NCBI GenBank assembly: GCA_963705305.1 | Contig: OY970067.1 | Location: 2,560,001 to 2,624,000, forward strand | DNA: 64,000 nucleotides | Direction: 5' to 3' | From: an uncultured Methylomirabilota bacterium | GTDB lineage: Bacteria; Methylomirabilota; Methylomirabilia; Methylomirabilales; 2-02-FULL-66-22 | Part shown: piece after piece, positions 51,328 to 61,377 of the stretch | Layout of the letters: each line of letters opens with the position of its first letter | How positions within the stretch are numbered: position 1 is the first letter of the stretch | Translations under genes and position numbers: made by a program | The notes under the pieces: generated by a model | The model's database searches: none | Told to the model about the DNA's origin: nothing | The model's input: only the letters and a program-made list of their open reading frames with translations

Positions 51328-52578
51328 ATGGGAAGCGAGCAGAGCAGGGGAGGCGAGACCATCCTGGTAGTGGACGACGACCGGTTCATCCGCCAGCTGT
51401 GCCAGGACGTGCTGGAGCCGGCCGGCTATCGAACGGTGAGCCTCGAGGACGGCGAGGAACTGCTGGAGACCGTGGCCTCGGAACGGCCGTCGCTGATTCT
51501 CCTGGACATCATGCTGCCCGGGACGGATGGGCTGACACTTTGCCGGCGCCTCCGGAACAATCCCGATCCCTACCGCGGCCCCATCATCATCTTCTCGGCC
51601 AAGCACTACAAGGCGGACAAGCAGATGGCCCGGGAGGTGGGGGCCAGCGCCTTCCTGGAGAAGCCGTTCATCCCGGAGCGACTCCTCAACGTGGTCCGGG
51701 ACTTCCTGGCCCGCAAGATCAGCATCCGCTTCTGGGGAGTACGGGGCTCGATCCCCATCGCCTCCCGGGACGCCGTCGGGTACGGCGGAAACACGCCCTG
51801 TGTGGAAGTCCGCCTCTCTGGGGTCGAGGATATCTTCATCTGGGACGGAGGCACCGGTCTGCGCGAGTTGGGGCGAACCATGCGGCGCCCGGCCGGATCG
51901 GTCCGGGGATTTCTCTGCTTCTCCCACTACCACTGGGACCACATCCAGGGCTTGCCGTTCTTCGCGCCCGTCTACGCCCCGGGCAATGCGTTCACGCTGG
52001 TGGGACCCGCCCAGCCCACGGCCGACCTCCTCCAGATCCTGGGGGGGCAGATGGCCTCGGTCTATTTCCCCGTGAGCCTGGACCAGTTCGGCGCCAACCT
52101 CTCTTATAAGGAGATCGGGGAGGGGACGTTCACGCTGGGCGGAGTCCCCTTCGAGACCCTGTCATCGTTTCACCCTGGACGAGCCCTCATCTACGCCCTG
52201 TCCCACGCGGGCAAGCGCGTGGTCTACGCCACCGACAACGAGCTGCCGGCGGGGTGGAAGAGCGCCGGTGGCGCCGTGGCCCACGAGGTGGACCGCTTCG
52301 TCCGCTTCTTTGCGGACGCCGACCTTCTGATCCACGACGCCCAGTTCACGCCGGAGCAGCTCACGCGACGACGGGGCTGGGGGCACTCGGCCTGGACGGA
52401 CGTTCTGGACATTGCGGTGACGGCCGGTGTGAAGCAGCTGCTCCTATTTCATCACGATCCGGATCACTCCGACAGCGTTCTGGACGGGATTCGCAATGCC
52501 GTCCAGCAGCGGGTCGCGGCCAGCGGGCTCTCCATCGCGTGCGACCTGGCGCGGGAGGGCGATCTCCTCATCATCTGA
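51328..52578 (+). CDS. Response regulator receiver fused to an MBL-fold metallohydrolase
   Basis: REC domain, then FWGVRGSIP, GGNTPC, SHYHWDHIQG, WGHS, FHHDP. Confidence 0.88.
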   Translation: MGSEQSRGGETILVVDDDRFIRQLCQDVLEPAGYRTVSLEDGEELLETVASERPSLILLDIMLPGTDGLTLCRRLRNNPDPYRGPIIIFSAKHYKADKQMAREVGASAFLEKPFIPERLLNVVRDFLARKISIRFWGVRGSIPIASRDAVGYGGNTPCVEVRLSGVEDIFIWDGGTGLRELGRTMRRPAGSVRGFLCFSHYHWDHIQGLPFFAPVYAPGNAFTLVGPAQPTADLLQILGGQMASVYFPVSLDQFGANLSYKEIGEGTFTLGGVPFETLSSFHPGRALIYALSHAGKRVVYATDNELPAGWKSAGGAVAHEVDRFVRFFADADLLIHDAQFTPEQLTRRRGWGHSAWTDVLDIAVTAGVKQLLLFHHDPDHSDSVLDGIRNAVQQRVAASGLSIACDLAREGDLLII

Positions 52579-52708
52579 CCTCCCCCCTTTTTTGACTCGC
52601 CCAGATTCCCGGTGCACGGGCACACCCTCGCCGTACGGGCGGTGATGTGGTGGGGGTTGCACGCGGCGAGGTGGCGCGGTAGGCTCTACGGGAGAAGGGA
52701 GCGTCGCC

Positions 52709-53062
52709 ATGGCAAACGTGTGCACGCGAGCGGAGTCTGCCGCACCACCGGCAATACGCGGTCCGGTCATTTCGGTCGGTGCGTCCAGCGGACGGGTCGT
52801 TCCCGAGGAAGAGACCGCGACCCGCTCGGGAGGGGGCGAGGGCAGCAAGGTTTTCCTTTTCAACTGCGAGTGTCACACCTTCGACGAGGTGATCAGCCAG
52901 CTGCTGAAGGCCGTGCCTGGAATGACACGGCCGCTTGCCGAGGAGCTGGCGTGGCGCGTCCATACCCAGGGCCTGGCGGAGGTCTATCGGGGAGGCGCCG
53001 CCGATTGCGAGCGCGTGGCTGCCATCCTCGGAGAAACGGGTCTCATCGTGCAAGTTCTGTGA
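52709..53062 (+). CDS. clpS: ClpS-like adaptor protein
   Basis: KVFLFN..HTFDEVISQL...AWRVHTQGLAEV matches the ClpS core. Confidence 0.7.
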   Translation: MANVCTRAESAAPPAIRGPVISVGASSGRVVPEEETATRSGGGEGSKVFLFNCECHTFDEVISQLLKAVPGMTRPLAEELAWRVHTQGLAEVYRGGAADCERVAAILGETGLIVQVL

Positions 53063-53105
53063 GCGTTGGTCCCCGCGAGGATCGACGACAGGAAAGGAGG
53101 GCGTC

Positions 53106-53504
53106 ATGGCGGCAACCATCCCTCAAGGATTCCGCGACTTACTGGAGAAAAAGGCGTTCGCACATCTGGCGACGATCATGCCCGACGGCAGCCCCCAGGT
53201 CACGCCGGTTTGGTTTGACTACTCCGGAGGATCCGTTCGCATCAACTCGGCCAAGGGGCGGGTCAAGGATCGAAACATGCGGCGCACCCGGCGGGTCGCC
53301 CTGGCAATCCAGGACCCCGAGAATCCCTACCGCTATCTCGGCATCCGCGGCAGGGTGGAGGAGATCACGGAGGAGGGGGCGGACGCCCATATCGATGCGC
53401 TGGCCCGAAAATATCTCGGGCAGGACCGGTATCCCTACCGGCAGGCAGGGGAGGTTCGCGTGATTTATCGCGTCCAGCCGGAGCGGGTCTGGACGATGGG
53501 ATGA
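53106..53504 (+). CDS. PPOX-class putative F420-dependent oxidoreductase
   Basis: HLATIMPDGSPQVTPVWFD, DPENPYRY, HIDALARKYLG. Confidence 0.88.
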   Translation: MAATIPQGFRDLLEKKAFAHLATIMPDGSPQVTPVWFDYSGGSVRINSAKGRVKDRNMRRTRRVALAIQDPENPYRYLGIRGRVEEITEEGADAHIDALARKYLGQDRYPYRQAGEVRVIYRVQPERVWTMG

Positions 53505-53610
53505 GACGGATCGGTCGCGGAGCGCCGAGGGGCGAAATTGACGGGTGGCTCGTTCGGTGCTATCTTTTCCCGAAGCGTGGCTGAACTCCGGGAGGTTCCT
53601 CGAGGCACGG

Positions 53611-54507
53611 ATGCCTTTGCGGCTCTTCGGCGGCGGGAGTAGCGGACGAACGCGGACATGCCCGGCGTGCGAGCAAACGGTCGCCGCCGAAGCAACGTTC
53701 TGTCCCGCCTGCTACATGGTTTTTCGACCCGAGGGCGCGGCGGATCTCCGAGAGCACCTCCGCGGCGGTCGAGTTCCGGGGGACGTGTACCTGCTGCGCA
53801 GGATGCAGGTGGAGGACCCCAACACGGGGCCGGTCGTGCGCGGGTCCGAGGCCGAGAAGCCCGCGCGGGACGCCGCAGCCGAGACCTCGCCGCCGATTGC
53901 CCCGAAGGCCGCGCCGCCGGCCGACGCCTCGCCCCCCGATGACGCCCAGCCCGCGCGACCGACGATGGCCGCCGAGCCGCCCCCTCCATCGCAAGAGGCT
54001 CCGCGCAAGCCCTCCCAGCCAACGGTCCGAATGGGCGTCGAGGCTTTCCTGGTTTTCGAGTCCCCCTTGCCACCTCCCGCCCAGTCACCCCAGGAGATCC
54101 CGGCGCTGCTGGCCTGGATGCTGGAGCAGGACCCCATCATTCCCAACAACATGCCCCGCCTGGAGGCCATCCACGCCCGGGTGTTCCGTGAACAGGCAGC
54201 GGCGCGCCTCGGATATGAGCAACACCTCCTTCTGCAGATCGCCGACGACCTCTGGCTGAACGGGAGCCGCGAATCGCTGGACAGCCACCTCATCCGTCTG
54301 GTCGCCGCGTACCGCCGCGCCGCGGAGGCCTACCACCGGGGAGAGAATGGCCCGACCGAGGAGGCCAGCCTGGCGCTCTGGCAGATGGCCAGTCTGGCCA
54401 GCCGCCTGCGCATCGAGGGGTGGGTGTTCCTGAGCCGCCACCGCATTTCCCCGCGCGCGGCCGGAGCGGACCGCCGGGTTGGGAGTTCGACCAACCCCAA
54501 AGGCTAG
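53611..54507 (+). CDS. Hypothetical protein with an N-terminal zinc ribbon and Pro/Ala-rich linker
   Basis: CPAC...FCPAC; promoter-like TTGACG-N17-TATCTT upstream. Confidence 0.65.
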   Translation: MPLRLFGGGSSGRTRTCPACEQTVAAEATFCPACYMVFRPEGAADLREHLRGGRVPGDVYLLRRMQVEDPNTGPVVRGSEAEKPARDAAAETSPPIAPKAAPPADASPPDDAQPARPTMAAEPPPPSQEAPRKPSQPTVRMGVEAFLVFESPLPPPAQSPQEIPALLAWMLEQDPIIPNNMPRLEAIHARVFREQAAARLGYEQHLLLQIADDLWLNGSRESLDSHLIRLVAAYRRAAEAYHRGENGPTEEASLALWQMASLASRLRIEGWVFLSRHRISPRAAGADRRVGSSTNPKG

Positions 54508-54514
54508 CAGGCTG

Positions 54515-55696
54515 CTAGGCGGCCGGCTCCTCGTGGGTCCAGGGCGGCAGCAGCTTCACCAGGACCCACAGGATGACAAAGGGCAGGATCAGCAGGATGA
54601 TGGCCGGCAACAGCCCTTCCCGGGTGGCGAAGCCCAGCTTGTAGGTCGTGTACCCCAGGAAGCTCTTGGAGAAGAGCTGCCCTCCGATGACCACGTTCCA
54701 CCGCATCGCGAAGATGCCGACGAGCGTAAGCAGGCCCGAGACCGCGTAGGCGGCCTTGCGCGAGTTTTCGCGCAGCCGCACCAACTGCACCAGACCCAGA
54801 ATGGCGATGGGCAAGAGGGTCCCCAGGAGGATCTGGATGACGATGTGAGGGATGTACAGCTTGGTGTGGACCATGAAGTCGAGACTGCGGAAGGATTCAT
54901 CGGCCTCGTAGATCCGGTGGACCAGATCGAGCATCTCCAGGGAGAAATCGATGATGAAGGCATAGAGCAGGTAGCGCGCGATGGTATCCAGGCACCGCAT
55001 ATCGAGGGGGGTGCGGCGCAGGCGGCTGGCGATCATGTAGAGCACCATGACCAGCGCGATGCCCGAGACCATGGCGGAAAAGAGAAAGACCACCGGCATG
55101 AGGGGGGATGACCACCAGGGGTTGGCCTTGACCGAGCCGAAGATGAACCCGACGTAGCCGTGCAGCAGGAATGCCGAGGGTATCCCCACGATGGTGATGA
55201 AGCGCCCCACCTTGTCATCGATCTCGAGCGAGCGGGGGCTGATGTTGTCCGACCAGAGCGCCATGGCCCGGTAGAGCTGGCGGGCAAGGCCGCTCCTCTG
55301 CCGGGCCATGAGGACGATGTCCCTGCGGAAATCCAGCCAGATCTCTAAGAGCAGCACCGCCATCAGGTACCAGAGATACACGAAGCCGAACATGGCCATG
55401 GCGGAGGTGGTGTGCGGGGTCAGGAACATCTCGAAGGAGCGCTCGGGATGGCCCAGGTGGAGCTGGAGGGGAAGGGGGGCCACGAGCAGAAAGGCCATCG
55501 CCGTCAGCAGCGCCAGGCGATAGGTGGGCCGCACCTCTTCCACGTTGAACACGCGCTCCAGGGAGGCCAGGATGAAGGCGCCGGCCACCAGGCCGGTGAT
55601 GTAGGGGTAGAGCACGATGAGAATGCTCCATTGCAGCTCGATCTCGTTCGGATACATGAACCCTTGGACGCCGTGCAGCAACGTCTCCATCGCCAC
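54515..55696 (-). CDS. NrfD/PsrC-type quinol-interacting membrane anchor
   Basis: YPYITGLVAGAF, HLGHPER, TSAM, MRWNVVIGGQ. Confidence 0.9.
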   Translation of the reverse strand: MAMETLLHGVQGFMYPNEIELQWSILIVLYPYITGLVAGAFILASLERVFNVEEVRPTYRLALLTAMAFLLVAPLPLQLHLGHPERSFEMFLTPHTTSAMAMFGFVYLWYLMAVLLLEIWLDFRRDIVLMARQRSGLARQLYRAMALWSDNISPRSLEIDDKVGRFITIVGIPSAFLLHGYVGFIFGSVKANPWWSSPLMPVVFLFSAMVSGIALVMVLYMIASRLRRTPLDMRCLDTIARYLLYAFIIDFSLEMLDLVHRIYEADESFRSLDFMVHTKLYIPHIVIQILLGTLLPIAILGLVQLVRLRENSRKAAYAVSGLLTLVGIFAMRWNVVIGGQLFSKSFLGYTTYKLGFATREGLLPAIILLILPFVILWVLVKLLPPWTHEEPAA

Positions 55697-55699
55697 CCC

Positions 55700-56464
55700 C
55701 TATCGCACCGAGCCGTCCAGCCCGTTGTAATACGCCTTTGCCCCGGTTGCCAGCTGCGGCTTCAGCACATGAATCGTGTGGGTCCGGATGAAGTCGTGGA
55801 TGGGATCGTTGGGATTCTTCAGATCTCCCAGCCGGCGCGCGCCCGTGGGGCAGGTCTCGCAGCAGGCGGTGGTGAGCCCCTTCGTGATCCGATGGTAGCA
55901 GAGCGTGCACTTGTCCGCCGTCATCGTCCTCGGATCGACGAACCGGCAGCCGTAGGGGCAGGCCTGCACGCAGTACCGGCAGCCCAGGCAGTAAGTCTTG
56001 TCTATCAGGACGACCCCGTCGGGACTCTCGAAGGTGGCCCCCACGGGACAGACCTGCACGCAGGGGGAGTGGGCGCAGTGGTTGCAGAGCTTGGGCACGA
56101 AGAAGTTCTTGGAGCCGTCCCCCGCGCGGTACCGCGCGGGGGACCCGTCATAGCCGCCGTTGGGCGAGTCCACCTCGGGGTGCTCGATGTCCCCCTCGGG
56201 AACATGGTAGCGCTCCACCCAGGTGCGGAAATAGTATGGCTCCAGGAGGACGTTATTCTCGGCCTTGCAGGCACGAACGCAGTTTCCACAGCCGATGCAC
56301 TTCTCGATGTCAATGGCCATCCCCCACCAGTGGTCGCGGAGCCGATAGGTGCTGGCCGCCTCGGGCGTCCCGGCCCACACGGCATCCCAGGCCGTTGCGG
56401 CGGCGGAGGTCAGCATAAGGAACTTACCCGTACGCTTGAGGAACTCCCGGCGATCGGTTTGCAT
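55700..56464 (-). CDS. Tat-exported 4x[4Fe-4S] protein (NrfC/PsrB-like)
   Basis: DRREFLK twin-arginine signal; CIGCGNCVRAC, CNHC, CLGCRYCVQACP, CTLC. Confidence 0.92.
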   Translation of the reverse strand: MQTDRREFLKRTGKFLMLTSAAATAWDAVWAGTPEAASTYRLRDHWWGMAIDIEKCIGCGNCVRACKAENNVLLEPYYFRTWVERYHVPEGDIEHPEVDSPNGGYDGSPARYRAGDGSKNFFVPKLCNHCAHSPCVQVCPVGATFESPDGVVLIDKTYCLGCRYCVQACPYGCRFVDPRTMTADKCTLCYHRITKGLTTACCETCPTGARRLGDLKNPNDPIHDFIRTHTIHVLKPQLATGAKAYYNGLDGSVR

Positions 56465-56474
56465 ACCAGGCCTC

Positions 56475-56936
56475 CTAGGCGATCTCGGGATGGTGAGGCT
56501 TGTGACACGAGATGCAGGGCGCGGAGCCGCCGTGCTCCTGCGGATTCACCTGCGGGAACGTCTTGGGCTTGGTCACATCCTGGCGGTGGCAGACGAGACA
56601 GATCGTCCGGGCGTCGGGGAGCGTTGGCGTGAGGCTGCCGGGGTCCTCCGCGTGCTTGGCCAGGGGCCCGTGGCAGGCCTCACACCCGATGATCTCGTGG
56701 TGGCTGCCCTTGCGCTCGTCCACCACGTCGGGATGGCAGGATGCGCAGGCCTGCCGTCCGGCGAACGCCATTGGCCGGGAGGCGTTGTCTGCCAGCGCCC
56801 CGGACCGGAAGTGGCCGTATTCGTAGAAACCCTTCGGGACCAGCAGGGCCCGCACGATCATGAAAAGCACCAGTCCCGCCAGAAAGAGCGCCGCCATCCG
56901 GACGAGGTGCTCCATATCCTTCGGGAATTTCCCCAT
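56475..56936 (-). CDS. Tetraheme cytochrome c, membrane-anchored
   Basis: CASCH, CEACH, CLVCH, CISCH after an N-terminal hydrophobic helix; GGAGG RBS. Confidence 0.88.
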   Translation of the reverse strand: MGKFPKDMEHLVRMAALFLAGLVLFMIVRALLVPKGFYEYGHFRSGALADNASRPMAFAGRQACASCHPDVVDERKGSHHEIIGCEACHGPLAKHAEDPGSLTPTLPDARTICLVCHRQDVTKPKTFPQVNPQEHGGSAPCISCHKPHHPEIA

Positions 56937-57522
56937 CCGTGTCCTCCCTCCCACACTGCGGGCCGTTTGCGTCCCACAGGATTCCACTCTTCCGGATTTC
57001 CGCTGAGGCGCGAACCTTTCGGCGGCCCATCGAGGGTAGCGCTTCCCACCCTGATCCGTGTGGTGGCAAAGATGACCGCCGACCGGGAGCCGTGTCGACA
57101 GTGCGGCCTGCGGCGGCGGGCGGAAGCTGCGTCGCAGGGGCCGCCATGCGGGCGTGGCCCGCTTTCCATTCTCTGGCAGCTCGAGCGTTGGGTAAGGCTG
57201 AGGAGGAGTCTTCAAGAAACCGCACACGATAGTCCGCGGGCGCTAGAACGCCAGGAACCCGCGAACCCCCAGCAGACGCCGCCCCTCCTCGGCGAGCCAA
57301 AGATCCCCCACGACCCGGAGCCCTGTCAAGAGGAAATCGGCTATGCTCGGTCGATGAAACAAGCCACCGACCGATCGCCGGTCCGTGGCTCGTTTGCGCG
57401 GAGGGCGGGGTGCAACCCGCCCTTGCGCCGACTGGGGATGTTGGATATGATGCTGCGGCCCAGTGTCCGAACAACGGTGACGTGAACGCCCGGGAGGGCA
57501 CCTCTGGGGAGGGCGGGTTCGA

Positions 57523-59595
57523 ATGCCGATTACCCTGCGCCGGCTGTTTCGGAACTACATCAGCCTGATCGGCGGCGTCCTCGCGGCCCTGAGCTTCGCC
57601 ACCAACGTCTTCCTCCTGTTCGTGGATTTCCTCTCGTCGACCCACAATCCCTACCTCGGCATCGTCACATATATGATCCTTCCCGGCGTCACGTTGGCCG
57701 GCCTGGGGCTGGCCATGGGGGGAGCTGTCCTCCAGTTCTATCGACTGCGGCATGGGGTCCAGGTGGTTGAGCTTCCCCGGCTGGACCTGAACAACCGGCG
57801 GCACCGCCTGGCCCTGTTCGGCTCTTTCCTCACGATCATTCTCTTTCTCGGGTTGTCCGCCGTGGGGGGCTACGAGAGCTACAACTACACCGACTCGGTG
57901 GCCTTCTGCGGGCAGACCTGTCACACCGTGATGCAGCCCCAGTACGTGGCCTACCTGCACTCGCCCCACGCGCGTGTCGCGTGCGTGAGCTGTCATATCG
58001 GGCCGGGGGCGGAATGGTTCGTTCGCTCCAAGATTTCCGGCGCGTACCAGGTCTACTCGGTCCTCTTCCACAAGTATTCCCGACCGATCCCGACGCCGAT
58101 CAGCAACCTGCGTCCCGCCCAGGAGACCTGCGAGCAGTGCCACTGGCCGGCCAAGTTCTGGGGGGAGCAGCTCTCCGTCCAGGTGTACTACGGCGCGGAT
58201 GAGAAGAACACGCGACGGGAGGTGGACCTGCTGGTCAAGACTGGGGGCGGGGGCGTGCGGGGCCTGAGCGAGGGGATCCACTGGCACATGAACATCGCCA
58301 ACAAGATCTGGTACATCGCCGCCGACGAGAAGCGCCAGGTCATCCCCTGGGTGCGCATCCAGGACATGCACGGTCGCGTGACCGAATACGAATCGACGGA
58401 CCATCCGCTCACGCCCGAGCAGCGCACGCAGGGGGAGATGCGCCGGATGGACTGCATCGACTGCCATAACCAGCCGAGTCACCGGTTCCTGCCCCCCACC
58501 CGTGCTGTGAACCTCGCCATGGAGAGCGGGCAGATCTCCCCCGACCTCCCCTCCATCAAGAAAGTGGCGGTCGAGGCGCTGGTGCAGCCCTACGCCACCA
58601 CCGCGGAGGCCGAGAAGGGGATCGACCAGCACATCCGGAGCTTCTACGAGAAGAACTACCCGGGCATCGCCAAGGCATCCGATCAGCGGCTGCGCTCGGC
58701 GGTCGAGGGGGTGCAGCAGATCTACCGGCTGAATTTCTTTCCCTACATGCGCGTGAGCTGGCAGGCCTATCCGGACAACATCGGGCACCGGGAGTGGCCG
58801 GGGTGCTTCCGCTGCCACGATGGAAAGCACGTGAGCAAGGACGGGAAGGTGATCAGCCGAAATTGCAACGCCTGCCACGACTTCCTGGAAAGGCGGCCGA
58901 CCGGCTTTGTCCGGGTGGCGGCCACGCCGGGCTTCGCCCACCCCTGGAAGCTCGCCGGCAAGCACGCCGAGATTCTCTGCGACCGATGCCACACGGGGGG
59001 ACCGGCCAAACCGGCAACCTGCGCCGGGTGCCATAACATTCCCACGTCGGGCGCGCCGATGACCTCTCTGGGATGTCAGAGCTGCCACCAGAAGGAGCAG
59101 CAGCTTCAGCCGATCGCGGCCTGCACGACCTGCCATTCGGGTCTGGGCGGCCTGCACACGGCCGGCATGCACCCCTCGGTGGGATGCACCGCCTGCCACA
59201 AACCCCACACCTGGCTGCCCGTGAGCCGAGAGACCTGTCTGACGTGCCACGGAGACAAGACCCAGCACTATCCCGGCCAGCCCTGCGCCGCGTGCCATTC
59301 TTTCCGCCCCCCCGCGAAGGGGGCCAAGACGGCTGCACCTACCGGTCCGCCTGCCGTCACCTTGCCGGCCGAGCCGGGATCGCCCGGACCCGTGACATTC
59401 GTCCACACGGTGCACTTGGCCAAGGGGTTGAGCTGCAGCGCCTGCCATCCCGCGCTCTTCAAGATGCAGCAGGGGGGGCTCAAGCTGACCATGGATGGGA
59501 TGGCGGCGGGGAAGTACTGCGGCGCCTGCCACAACGGCAAGCGGGCCTTCAGCGTGATGGACGGGGACAAGTGCTTCACCTGCCATAAATCCTGA
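57523..59595 (+). CDS. NapC/NirT-type membrane multiheme cytochrome c (~16 hemes)
   Basis: 3 N-terminal TM helices; 15 CxxCH plus CGQTCH; C-terminal c7-like triheme unit. Confidence 0.9.
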   Translation: MPITLRRLFRNYISLIGGVLAALSFATNVFLLFVDFLSSTHNPYLGIVTYMILPGVTLAGLGLAMGGAVLQFYRLRHGVQVVELPRLDLNNRRHRLALFGSFLTIILFLGLSAVGGYESYNYTDSVAFCGQTCHTVMQPQYVAYLHSPHARVACVSCHIGPGAEWFVRSKISGAYQVYSVLFHKYSRPIPTPISNLRPAQETCEQCHWPAKFWGEQLSVQVYYGADEKNTRREVDLLVKTGGGGVRGLSEGIHWHMNIANKIWYIAADEKRQVIPWVRIQDMHGRVTEYESTDHPLTPEQRTQGEMRRMDCIDCHNQPSHRFLPPTRAVNLAMESGQISPDLPSIKKVAVEALVQPYATTAEAEKGIDQHIRSFYEKNYPGIAKASDQRLRSAVEGVQQIYRLNFFPYMRVSWQAYPDNIGHREWPGCFRCHDGKHVSKDGKVISRNCNACHDFLERRPTGFVRVAATPGFAHPWKLAGKHAEILCDRCHTGGPAKPATCAGCHNIPTSGAPMTSLGCQSCHQKEQQLQPIAACTTCHSGLGGLHTAGMHPSVGCTACHKPHTWLPVSRETCLTCHGDKTQHYPGQPCAACHSFRPPAKGAKTAAPTGPPAVTLPAEPGSPGPVTFVHTVHLAKGLSCSACHPALFKMQQGGLKLTMDGMAAGKYCGACHNGKRAFSVMDGDKCFTCHKS

Positions 59596-59811
59596 TCGCC
59601 CATCCCGATCGTGCCCATCGCGGCCGCGTCGAGGGCTTCAGCGCCCGGCGGGTTCCAGGGTGTGCAGCCGCGCCCGACCTCGAGATTCTCTCCAGCCCCT
59701 GGGAGGAACCTCCCAGGGGCTGGAGGTCAACGGCGCCCTGAGAGACGAGGCCGCTCTCTCGTCCCGCGGATCCCTCGGCGGCGGTTCGCCCGGTAGGAGG
59801 ATGCGATCCGC

Positions 59812-61056
59812 ATGCGAATCTTCTACGGCTGGATCGTCGCAGGGGCGATCCTCACGGCGTGGGGCATCTCCGTGGGCCCGCGACAATCCTTCTCCATCTT
59901 CCTGCTGCCCCTCATGGAGGAGTTCGGGTCGAGCCGCAGCGCGGCCGCTGCGGCCTTCTCCGTCCACATGGCGTGTTACGCGCTGGGCGGGTGGGCGCTG
60001 GGCATCCTGGTGGACCGCTGGGGGCCGAAGCGCGTGATCGCCTGGTGCACGGGCTGCTGGGCGCTGGTGCTGTTCCTGTCCAGCCGGGCGCACAGCCTGT
60101 GGCAATTCTATCTGGTCTACGGGCTGCTGGGCGGCGTGACCACAAGCGGGGTCAGCTACGTGCCCAACAATTCCCTGCTTTCACGCTGGTTCGTGCGCTA
60201 CCGCGGGTTCGCCATCGGAATTGCCCAGGCGGGAATCCCGCTGGGGGCGGCGGTCTTCGGGCCGCTGGCCCAGCTCGGCATCACGGCCGTGGGTTGGCGG
60301 TCCACCAACGCCCTCTTCGGTCTGGTCGTGGCCGGGACCGCCCTTCCTTTGGTTCTGGGCATCCTGCGCGACACTCCCGAGGAGATGGGGCTCACGCCGG
60401 ACGGCATCCCGGTGGTCACGCCGGACTCCGCCGGGCACGCCACCCGGCGGCCGCCACCGGAGGGAGCGCCGTCGAGCGGCCTGCCGCGGGGATATTGGCC
60501 CATCTTCGGAGCCAACATCCTGCGCGGAATGGCCATGTACGCCCTGCTGGTGCACGAAGTGGCCTACCTGGTAGACGCCGGCTTCAGCCGGATGGCCGCC
60601 GCGTCCTACTTCTCCGCAAGCGCCCTGTTGGCCGTTCCCGGCGGCCTGGCTGCCGGAGCCATTTCCGACCGGTTGGGGCGCCTCAAGACCTATGCGGGAG
60701 TGGCCGGGCTCTATGTGGTCGCCTACGGGGCGCTCCTTCTCGTCCGCGCTCCCTCCCAGGTGGCGACCCTCCTTTTGTTCGTTGTCGCTGCCGGGCTGGC
60801 CTTGGGCGGGGCGACTCCCGTGTACGCGGCACTTCTCACCGACCGCTTGCAGGGCCCGCGACTGGGGTTCCTGCTGGGCCTGCAAAACATCGGCTTCGGG
60901 CTCGGCGCCACCGTGGGTCCGCTCCTGGGGGGCGTCATCTTCGATCTGCTGGGAAGCTACACCCTCGCCTTCCTCCTCATGGCCGCATGCATGGCGCTCT
61001 CCTCCTTGATCCTGTCGACGACGACGCATCGGGCCGCTCCGGTCTCTGTGGCCTGA
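59812..61056 (+). CDS. MFS transporter (OFA/MCT-like)
   Basis: FYGWIV, GILVDRWGPK, SRWFVRYRG, GAISDRLGR; about 12 TM helices. Confidence 0.9.
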   Translation: MRIFYGWIVAGAILTAWGISVGPRQSFSIFLLPLMEEFGSSRSAAAAAFSVHMACYALGGWALGILVDRWGPKRVIAWCTGCWALVLFLSSRAHSLWQFYLVYGLLGGVTTSGVSYVPNNSLLSRWFVRYRGFAIGIAQAGIPLGAAVFGPLAQLGITAVGWRSTNALFGLVVAGTALPLVLGILRDTPEEMGLTPDGIPVVTPDSAGHATRRPPPEGAPSSGLPRGYWPIFGANILRGMAMYALLVHEVAYLVDAGFSRMAAASYFSASALLAVPGGLAAGAISDRLGRLKTYAGVAGLYVVAYGALLLVRAPSQVATLLLFVVAAGLALGGATPVYAALLTDRLQGPRLGFLLGLQNIGFGLGATVGPLLGGVIFDLLGSYTLAFLLMAACMALSSLILSTTTHRAAPVSVA

Positions 61057-61377
61057 GAAACCTGCCGGCCCGAAGGCCGGTGCAAGCGCCGCCCCCGCAA
61101 ATGTGCGGGGGGGTCCCCCTGTCTCGTCAACTGGGCCTGGGACCGGTACCGTCCGTCCGGGTCGGCAATTCCGCGCCTGGACGGCGCCGGCTGGCGGGAA
61201 CCGTTCACGGGGGAGCGGGGTGGACTCATTCCTCTGGTGGATCCCGGCTTGATCCCATATTCTCGTCAGGAGACCCGCGCCATGCAGCAGATGCGAGCCG
61301 AGGCGGCGCGGAAGCGGCCGCCTCGGTAGCCGGTCCGCCCGGGGCCGGCGTGAGGCGCACGGGAAGAGGAGGACGGC

